Positions 1 to 8,081 of a DNA stretch of 32,000 nt are shown in pieces. The notes under the pieces were generated by a model that had not been told where the DNA came from, did no database searches, and saw nothing but the letters and a program-made list of their open reading frames with translations. Position 1 is the first letter of the stretch. Every line of letters begins with the position of its first letter. The position numbers and the translations under genes are program-made. This DNA is from Candidatus Saccharimonadota bacterium (GTDB lineage: Archaea > Nanobdellota > Nanobdellia > Pacearchaeales > GW2011-AR1), in NCBI GenBank assembly GCA_041659445.1, contig JBAZYG010000001.1:210001-242000 (forward strand). Direction: 5' to 3'.

Positions 1-92
1 CAAGACTTTTGGAGGCGGTTTTAAACATCATGATTTCGTTACAAATAAAAATGTAAATAGTCATTATAAATTATATGTCAATTTAAAAGAAA

Positions 93-455
93 ATGAAAAA
101 AATAAAACTTGGTTTTAATTTAAATAACCGAAAAATCTTTTTAGATGCAGTTAAAGTTCCTTGGTGGTATAAGGGAATTGGATTGATGTTTAAGTCAAAG
201 ATAAGAGCCAAAGCTTTATTGTTTGATTTTGAAAAAAAAACAAATATTTCTTTGCATTCTTTTTTTGTTTTTTTTGATTTTTATGCCTTGTGGCTCGACG
301 ATAAAAACAATGTTCTTGAAATTCAAAGAGTAAAACCATTTCAATTATCCGTGAATTCAAAAAAATCGTTTTTAAAAGTATTGGAAATCCCTATAACAAA
401 AAGGTATTTCAAGTTTTTAAGAACTTATCGACGAGAATTCGAAAGATTTAAATAG
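93..455 (+). CDS. DUF192/COG1430-like small protein (120 aa)
   Basis: The ORF has a TATA-like cattataaatt upstream. The pattern GIGLMF..ALLFDF..FFDFYALWLDD resembles the DUF192 core (recalled, not searched). Confidence 0.45.
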   Translation: MKKIKLGFNLNNRKIFLDAVKVPWWYKGIGLMFKSKIRAKALLFDFEKKTNISLHSFFVFFDFYALWLDDKNNVLEIQRVKPFQLSVNSKKSFLKVLEIPITKRYFKFLRTYRREFERFK

Positions 456-501
456 GTTATAGTCGTATTTTATTTATAATAGTTATAAAAGGAGGTTAAA
501 A

Positions 502-648
502 ATGGGATCAATAATCGCAAAGAACATTGTGAAAAGAAAGCCAGGTTACCTTTACTATGTAGATGGAAAAGGAAATGTTTGTGAAGCTAAAATGGCTAGA
601 GGCGGAAAGAAGAAAAAGAAAACTGTAAAGAAAAAGAAAAAAAGATAA
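502..648 (+). CDS. 48-aa basic protein (MGSIIAKNIVKRKPGYLYYVDGKGNVCEAKMARGGKKKKK...)
   Basis: Not in the ORF track because it is under 60 aa. A strong SD (AAGGAGG) sits a few nt upstream of the ATG. It has a PGYLYYVDGKGNV core and a Lys-rich tail. I translated the frame and the stop by hand. Confidence 0.55.
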   Translation: MGSIIAKNIVKRKPGYLYYVDGKGNVCEAKMARGGKKKKKTVKKKKKR

Positions 649-705
649 ATTTTCTTTAAACAGTTTATTATTTTTTTATTTTTAATTAATATTTTTTATT
701 TTTTA

Positions 706-891
706 TTAACCTTTATTTGAAATACAACCTTGTTTTTGAAAGCATCCTCCGCAATAAACTAATTCATCATCGTGATGACAAATTCTAATTCTTCCATTGT
801 TATTTTTTATCAAGTTTAACCAAAAAGGATGAATTGTTTTTGGAATAAAATGTCTATATAATGTTTGTTGTATTTTTGAATAACTATTCAA
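706..891 (-). CDS. hypothetical Cys/His-containing 61-aa protein (TTG start only)
   Basis: This is the only ORF in a 275-nt gap of an otherwise compact region. It contains C-HH...CGGC...C. It has no ATG start and no recognisable family. Confidence 0.25.
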   Translation of the reverse strand: MNSYSKIQQTLYRHFIPKTIHPFWLNLIKNNNGRIRICHHDDELVYCGGCFQKQGCISNKG

Positions 892-924
892 TAGATTTTT
901 ATATTTATTTTATTTTATTTTTTT

Positions 925-1914
925 ATGTTAATCATCCTTGGAATTGAATCTACTGCACACACTTTTGGAATTGGAATTGTGAAAAATGGAAAAATTCTTT
1001 CAAATGTTCGAGATATGTATACCACTGAATCTGGAGGAATTATTCCAATAGATTCTGCAAAACACCATCGTGAATGTTGTGAAAATATTTATAAAAAGTC
1101 TTTAGAAGATGCAAAAATTTCAGAAAATAAAATTGATGCAATTGCTTTTTCCCAAGGTCCGGGTTTGGCTCCTTGTTTGTTGGAAGGAATTAAATTTGCA
1201 AAAAAAATTTCTAAAAAATTAAACAAACCATTAATTCCAGTTAATCATTGTGTTGCACATCTTGAAATTGGACGAGTTACAAATGCTAAAGACCCTGTTT
1301 TACTTTATGTTTCAGGAGCAAATACTCAAGTGATTGCTTATGCTGCTGGAAAATATCGTGTGTTTGGAGAAACGTTAGATATTGGTGTTGGAAATTTTAT
1401 TGATAATTTTGCTCGTTATGCAAACATTGGTTTTCCAGGTGGACCTAAAATAGAAAAACTTGCATTAGAAAGTAAAAATTATATTGAATTGCCGTATAAA
1501 GTAAAAGGAATGGATGTTGCATTGTCTGGGATTTTAACAAATCTTCATCAAAAATTAAAATCTGGAAATTATAAAATTGAAGATTTGTCTTATTCAATGC
1601 AAGAAACTGTTTTTGCAATGCTTGTTGAAACTGCAGAAAGAGCTTTGGCTCACGTCGGTAAAAAAGAATTGTTGCTTGGAGGAGGTGTTGCTTGTAATTC
1701 TAGATTGCAAGAAATGTGTAAAATAATGTGTGAACAAAGAGGATGTAAATTTTTTGTGCCAGAAAAATCTTTGCTTGTTGATAATGGTGCAATGATTGCG
1801 TATCTCGGAGAAATAATGTTTAAAAAAGGAATTAAATTTCTTGAAAAAGATTTTGATAAATTAGATATTCTTCCGAGACAACGTACAGATGATGTGATTG
1901 TGAATTGGAAATAA
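925..1914 (+). CDS. kae1: tRNA N6-adenosine threonylcarbamoyltransferase Kae1
   Basis: 329 aa. The N-terminus is ILGIESTAHTFGIG, the metal-binding motif is H-x4-H (NHCVAHLEIG), and GGGVACN is present. There is no fused Bud32 kinase. Confidence 0.93.
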   Translation: MLIILGIESTAHTFGIGIVKNGKILSNVRDMYTTESGGIIPIDSAKHHRECCENIYKKSLEDAKISENKIDAIAFSQGPGLAPCLLEGIKFAKKISKKLNKPLIPVNHCVAHLEIGRVTNAKDPVLLYVSGANTQVIAYAAGKYRVFGETLDIGVGNFIDNFARYANIGFPGGPKIEKLALESKNYIELPYKVKGMDVALSGILTNLHQKLKSGNYKIEDLSYSMQETVFAMLVETAERALAHVGKKELLLGGGVACNSRLQEMCKIMCEQRGCKFFVPEKSLLVDNGAMIAYLGEIMFKKGIKFLEKDFDKLDILPRQRTDDVIVNWK

Positions 1915-1915
1915 T

Positions 1916-2158
1916 TTAATTTAAATCATATGGTGGGATTATTGGTTGGTCCAACCCCGCGATATATTCATCTTTTATCATTTTTTCAATATCCACTTCT
2001 TCAATCGATAAAATTTCTAAATTTTTTTTGCAAATTCTCTTGAATAATCCAACAATTCCAAAATTTTGCTCTTTAATTCTTGTACTTACTTTTGCTCCAA
2101 TTTTTATTCTTCCTCTTAATTTTCCTATTTTTCCACCCCACAATTCCCAATCTGACAT
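1916..2158 (-). CDS. hypothetical protein (80 aa from the ATG; the frame stays open about 59 codons further upstream)
   Basis: ORF track entry. My hand translation shows the same frame is stop-free up to about 2335 but contains no ATG, GTG or TTG. Confidence 0.45.
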   Translation of the reverse strand: MSDWELWGGKIGKLRGRIKIGAKVSTRIKEQNFGIVGLFKRICKKNLEILSIEEVDIEKMIKDEYIAGLDQPIIPPYDLN

Positions 2159-2539
2159 ATAATGTCTAAGTCCTTCTCTATAAAACCCATGAATATTTTT
2201 TTCTGAATCTATACAATAAATTGTGGAATTTCCTTTTTCAATTACTTTTATTCCAAAATCCTTAATTTCTCTTAAATTTTTTTTATTATTGTTGTTTGAA
2301 TGATAAAAAATTATTTCCTTCTTTGAATATTTTAAAAAAGAAAGTTAATTTAGAGGATGTTGTTTTTTCTTTTTGTTTAGATAAAGATTCTGCAGAATTT
2401 TCTAAAAGAAAATTAATTGAGGGGGGTTTTGCTTTTAATGTAGACATTGATCCTATATCTAGAGATTCTTTTAATTTATAAGAAAATAATTATCTTTTAT
2501 TACAATAATCTTTTTAAATAAAGTATTTATTGGTTTTAT

Positions 2540-2899
2540 ATGACAATTAATCTTGAAGATTTTAGAGGCCCTATGTTGGGATTTCCTTTGTTTAACTATT
2601 TTGATTTTAAAAAAGCAATTGAACTTTCTGATAGAGATTTTGCAGAACTTTATTTAAAATTAATGGAAGAATATAGATATAAAGATGGTTGGTGGACTGA
2701 AAGCAAAGGAATACCCTCTTGTTCAAAATGCAATGAAAAAATTTCTGGACCAAAAGATTTGAGAAGATATTGTGGTAGGTCTTTACATCCTAATTGTTTT
2801 ACAGAGGAGATTAAAATAGAAATGAAATCTATGAATTCAATTATGAAGAAATATTTTAATAGAGTTTTAAAAGTAGACTTTTCTTTATTAGATAATTAA
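2540..2899 (+). CDS. hypothetical protein with a putative zinc site (CSKC...C..H..C)
   Basis: 119-aa ORF. A TATA-like ctttttaaataaag lies about 25 nt upstream of the ATG, which suggests a leaderless mRNA. Confidence 0.5.
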   Translation: MTINLEDFRGPMLGFPLFNYFDFKKAIELSDRDFAELYLKLMEEYRYKDGWWTESKGIPSCSKCNEKISGPKDLRRYCGRSLHPNCFTEEIKIEMKSMNSIMKKYFNRVLKVDFSLLDN

Positions 2900-2917
2900 T
2901 ATTTATTTTAATTTTTT

Positions 2918-2940
2918 CCAGAAACATTTATAAAGCAACT
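2918..2940 (+). promoter_or_regulatory. BRE/TATA promoter of the L7Ae operon (TATA TTTATAAA at 2927-2934)
   Basis: CCAGAAACATTTATAAAGCAACT matches the block upstream of gyrB (5013-5035) at 20 of 23 positions. Confidence 0.55.
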
Positions 2941-3022
2941 ATTTCTAAATATTTTATCCGATGAGCAATTAAGTTCAGATGAGGACTTGATTGTTCTTAA
3001 TTAAATAAAAACCAAACACAAA

Positions 3023-3325
3023 ATGGACGCATATCAAATAATTGAAAAGGCAAAAAGAACTGGCAAAATTGAAAAAGGAACAAACGAAGTTACAAAAGCT
3101 ATTGAGAGAGGAACTGCTAAGTTTGTTGCTTATGCAAAAGATGTTGATCCTAAAGAAATCATAGCTCATTTATCAGCACTTTGCAAGGAAAAAAATATTC
3201 CTTATTCTGAAGTCGATAGTAAGCAAAAATTAGGAATTGCTGTTGGAATTCAAGTCGTAGCATCTTCAGTAGCAGTTATCGAGGCTGGAGAAGCAGATAA
3301 AGATATTGCTAGTTTAAAGAAATAA
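3023..3325 (+). CDS. rpl7ae: 50S ribosomal protein L7Ae (K-turn binding)
   Basis: 100 aa with the [13 protein letters not shown] motif and a VDP.EI..HL..LC pattern. It is followed by S28e as in other archaea. Confidence 0.9.
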   Translation: MDAYQIIEKAKRTGKIEKGTNEVTKAIERGTAKFVAYAKDVDPKEIIAHLSALCKEKNIPYSEVDSKQKLGIAVGIQVVASSVAVIEAGEADKDIASLKK

Positions 3326-3337
3326 TAAAATATTAAA

Positions 3338-3628
3338 ATGGCGAAAAATCAGGGAAAAAAAGATACAAAGCAGCAAAGTACGAAGGGAAGTGACAAAATT
3401 TTAGGTGAAGCTGTTCCTGCTGTTGTTCAAGAAATTTTAGGGAGAACTGGTTTCAGAGGAGAAATTACTCAAATTAAAGTTTTGGTTCAAGAAGGTAGAG
3501 ATAAAGGACGAGCAATGAGAAGAAATATTAAAGGTCCTGTGAGAATTGGTGATGTATTAATATTAAGAGAAACTGAAATTGAAGCAAGAAAAATTAAATC
3601 AAGTATTACAAAGGGAAGTTATAGTTAA
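3338..3628 (+). CDS. rps28e: 30S ribosomal protein S28e with a K/Q-rich N-terminal extension
   Basis: The core is [21 protein letters not shown]...[20 protein letters not shown]. It sits directly after L7Ae. Confidence 0.9.
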   Translation: MAKNQGKKDTKQQSTKGSDKILGEAVPAVVQEILGRTGFRGEITQIKVLVQEGRDKGRAMRRNIKGPVRIGDVLILRETEIEARKIKSSITKGSYS

Positions 3629-3629
3629 A

Positions 3630-3839
3630 ATGGGAATTCATGGAATTATTTTAGAGCATGTTCTTAATGGATTAAATATTTTAGAAAGTGGAAGTATGAA
3701 AGAAGTTATTATTAATACTAATATTGATGATAAATGGGATGCAAATAATTTAGCTGGAAAGATTAGTAATTATAATGTTAAAGTAGAAGAAAGTATGGGT
3801 TATTATCTTTTAAAAATTTCAAAGAAGGAGAAAAAATAA
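3630..3839 (+). CDS. hypothetical 69-aa protein inside the L7Ae-S28e-L24e operon
   Basis: The ATG lies 1 nt after the S28e stop. The longer track version starting at 3579 overlaps S28e. No family recognised. Confidence 0.5.
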   Translation: MGIHGIILEHVLNGLNILESGSMKEVIINTNIDDKWDANNLAGKISNYNVKVEESMGYYLLKISKKEKK

Positions 3840-3840
3840 A

Positions 3841-4215
3841 ATGCAATTTAATATTGAGCTTCCAGAGGATGAAAGAGGAAATATTGATTTTAATAAATTG
3901 GAAAGAGAATTATCTAAAAATTTATCTAGCAATCCTCAAGAAGATGTTTGTGTTTACAAAACTAAAGATGAAAAAATTGTGAATTTTATTAAAGATTATT
4001 TTATAAATTCTTATGATTTTAGTGTTGCAATTTCTTATAAAAAAGATGGAGATTATTTAATTAAATTTTCAACAGATGTTGTTTTAGAAAAAACAGGACT
4101 TGAAAAAACAAATGAAGCAAAATTTTTAGATTATATGAACAGATTAAATTTAGAACTAGGAAGTGCAGATCCTTTTGTACCATTGTATCGATTTAACGGA
4201 GGTTTAAATGCCTAA
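3841..4215 (+). CDS. hypothetical 124-aa protein inside the L7Ae-S28e-L24e operon
   Basis: An SD-like aaggag lies upstream. The start is 1 nt after the previous stop, and the 3' end overlaps the L24e start. No family recognised. Confidence 0.55.
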   Translation: MQFNIELPEDERGNIDFNKLERELSKNLSSNPQEDVCVYKTKDEKIVNFIKDYFINSYDFSVAISYKKDGDYLIKFSTDVVLEKTGLEKTNEAKFLDYMNRLNLELGSADPFVPLYRFNGGLNA

Positions 4216-4381
4216 ATGTGTTTATTGTGGAAAAACTTATGAATTTCCGAGAGGATTAACTTTAGTTGGAAAAGATGGAAATATAAATTATTTATGTTCT
4301 TCAAAATGCCGAAAAAACATGGCTATGAAAAGGCGTAAAGTCCGTTGGATATCTAAAAAGAAAAAAGTAAAGATTGAATAA
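4208..4381 (+). CDS. rpl24e: 50S ribosomal protein L24e
   Basis: 57 aa, not in the ORF track. Hand translation gives MPKCVYCGKTYEFPRGLTLVGKDGNINYLCSSKCRKNMAMKRRKVRWISKKKKVKIE, which shows the L24e zinc-ribbon pattern C..CG...DG...CSSKC. Confidence 0.85.
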   Translation: MPKCVYCGKTYEFPRGLTLVGKDGNINYLCSSKCRKNMAMKRRKVRWISKKKKVKIE

Positions 4382-4423
4382 AATCACGAAAATCTTTAAA
4401 TAGTCTTTTAAATAGATTTTTTA

Positions 4424-4909
4424 ATGCCAAAAAGAAATTTGTTGATAGTAGTTGAAAATAAATCTAAATATAATTCTTTAGAAGAAGCAACTTTATCTGG
4501 TTATTTTAATGTTGATGTTGTTAGTGATTTTGTTGAGGCTAATGAAAAATTAAAAAATCTTTATGATACAATTTTTTTAGAATTGCAAGGTATTGCATTA
4601 CTTTCTCCTGAAAAGATTCCTCCTTTTGTTCCTGAAACTATCTATCAAGAATATAATAAAGACCCAATTAATTTTGTAGGTAAATATTTATTAGAAAAAA
4701 TAAGAAATGATAAATGTTCTTTGAATAAAAATACTCCTATTATAGTTCGTGTTGATGGTAGTCCAGAAAATCGACGTGATAAAGCCAAGTTTATAAGTAT
4801 GGGTGCAACAAATGTAATTTACATTCCTTCTGAACTTGATGAACTTGAAGAATTTATTAAACCATTTGATATTTCTTTAGAGAGTCTTAAATCAAAATAT
4901 TCTAAGTGA
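4424..4909 (+). CDS. degenerate receiver (CheY-like) domain protein
   Basis: The layout is REC-like: LLIVVEN, DTIFLELQG, PIIVRV, GATNVIYIP. The acidic pocket, the phospho-acceptor (Glu where Asp is expected) and the conserved Lys are all substituted, and there is a large insertion. Confidence 0.45.
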   Translation: MPKRNLLIVVENKSKYNSLEEATLSGYFNVDVVSDFVEANEKLKNLYDTIFLELQGIALLSPEKIPPFVPETIYQEYNKDPINFVGKYLLEKIRNDKCSLNKNTPIIVRVDGSPENRRDKAKFISMGATNVIYIPSELDELEEFIKPFDISLESLKSKYSK

Positions 4910-4992
4910 AATTAAATTTTATCTTATAAGTCCTTAATTTTTTATTTATATTTTTTTATTTCAAAAATAAGCTCTTTTTTACATGTATTTTT

Positions 4993-5011
4993 GTTTTATC
5001 GTCGATAAAAC
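4993..5011. promoter_or_regulatory. perfect 9+1+9 palindrome GTTTTATCG-T-CGATAAAAC, 10 nt upstream of the gyrB TATA box
   Basis: Read directly from the sequence. The half-site TCGATAAAAC recurs at 7033-7042, between gyrB and the next gene. Confidence 0.4.
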
Positions 5012-5012
5012 C

Positions 5013-5035
5013 CCAGAAAACTTTATAAAGCAAGT
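5013..5035 (+). promoter_or_regulatory. BRE/TATA promoter of gyrB (TATA at 5022-5029)
   Basis: CCAGAAAACTTTATAAAGCAAGT matches the L7Ae promoter block at 20 of 23 positions. It implies a 5' UTR of about 75-80 nt. Confidence 0.55.
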
Positions 5036-5122
5036 TGTTTTCTTTTTAATATAATTAGGCAGTTTCTGTCCTAAAAATTACAGAAAATGATAAAAAATAG
5101 GGGAAAATATTTCAAATTTTAA

Positions 5123-7012
<1,890 letters not shown>

Positions 7013-7098
7013 GTTGTTTACCTCCATGGTCCTCGATAAAACATCTGCGGATTTAAATTTAAAAAATTTAAATAAGGAGGCAAACTTAGAAATATAAA

Positions 7099-7407
7099 AT
7101 GAAAAAAGCAAAATTATCAACGCCTACATGGATTTTAGAAGGTTATGATAGCCTCGAGGCTTACAACAAAGCCAAAGGCCTTAACAAAAAATCAAAAAAA
7201 TCTGGTAAAACTTACAAGATAAAAATATGTCCAAAATGTAAAAGTGATAATGTTGGAGTTGTGTTAATTGAAAGTAGTGAAGAAACAGGTGGAGGAAAAG
7301 AATGGGAATGTAGAAAATGCAAATGGAAAGGAAAAAGTCCTGTTGATAAAGAATTAACAGAAGATGAATTTTTAGAGCATTTAGATAAACAAGAGGGAAA
7401 GAAATAA
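7099..7407 (+). CDS. C4 zinc-ribbon protein (102 aa), orphan
   Basis: CPKC-x22-CRKC with a charged C-terminus. It lies between gyrB and gyrA. Confidence 0.6.
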   Translation: MKKAKLSTPTWILEGYDSLEAYNKAKGLNKKSKKSGKTYKIKICPKCKSDNVGVVLIESSEETGGGKEWECRKCKWKGKSPVDKELTEDEFLEHLDKQEGKK

Positions 7408-7408
7408 A

Positions 7409-7822
7409 ATGGAAAAAATTCAAAAAAAGAAAACTTTAGAAATGAATGTCTACATAGCTGGATATCGAATAACTTTTGATGGGGTCGCTAAAGACTATAA
7501 AGGAATGTATTGTTCAGAATTTGATGGAAAATATTTAAATATGGTTCGTTGTAATGTTGAAAAATTTCCAACAATTGCTTTGTCTTTATTAGAAAATTCA
7601 GTGAAACCAAATCTTGTTAATGAAGTAATAATAAATTTTCCTGAAGGTGATAAAAATTTTACTTTGTCAATGGACGGATATTTTGGAAGACCTGCAGTTC
7701 TTTATGGTTCCCAAAGATTGAAGTCTGTTACTAAAAAAGATAGAAAAACGCTCACAAAAATTATTAACCAAATTAATTCATTTGAAGTAAAAGGAAAGAA
7801 AATCGCTTTAAGAACAAATTAA
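7409..7822 (+). CDS. hypothetical 137-aa protein
   Basis: The start is 1 nt after the previous stop. No family recognised. Confidence 0.6.
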   Translation: MEKIQKKKTLEMNVYIAGYRITFDGVAKDYKGMYCSEFDGKYLNMVRCNVEKFPTIALSLLENSVKPNLVNEVIINFPEGDKNFTLSMDGYFGRPAVLYGSQRLKSVTKKDRKTLTKIINQINSFEVKGKKIALRTN

Positions 7823-7823
7823 A

Positions 7824-8081
7824 ATGCCAGAAGAAAATAATGAAGAAGAAAACGATGAAGTTGAAGTTATAGAATTTAGCTTGAGCTTAGATGAAATAAA
7901 CGAACTTATGGAAAAACTAGATTTTTTAAGGAGAACAAAAACAGAAATTTCATTTTCAGTCGACGAGTATAACGAACTTTTGATACATTATTTTGATGAA
8001 AATGCAGAAGATGAAGATTTAGATTTAGATGAGAAAGAAGAAGATTCTGAGGAAGACGAGGAATTCGAGGGAGAATATTAA
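7824..8081 (+). CDS. extremely acidic 85-aa protein (37 of 85 residues D/E by my count)
   Basis: It starts 1 nt after the previous stop, and its own stop abuts the gyrA ATG (TAAATG). Confidence 0.55.
   Translation: MPEENNEEENDEVEVIEFSLSLDEINELMEKLDFLRRTKTEISFSVDEYNELLIHYFDENAEDEDLDLDEKEEDSEEDEEFEGEY

Noticed and set aside
1-24. Possible 3' end of an upstream gene (frame 1 reads QDFWRRF then stop)
   Set aside because: Only 7 codons are visible, which is not enough to support a feature.
298-307. Third near-match to the gyrB palindrome half-site (CGATAAAAAC)
   Set aside because: It has an extra A and lies inside the DUF192-like coding region, so it is probably chance in AT-rich sequence.
2296-2481. 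61-aa TTG-initiated plus-strand ORF
   Set aside because: It has no ATG and overlaps the open upstream frame of the minus-strand gene at 1916-2158. I cannot support either reading strongly here.
3579-3629. Upstream extension of the 69-aa ORF (track start 3579)
   Set aside because: It overlaps the S28e C-terminus in another frame. The ATG at 3630, directly after the S28e stop, is the more plausible start.
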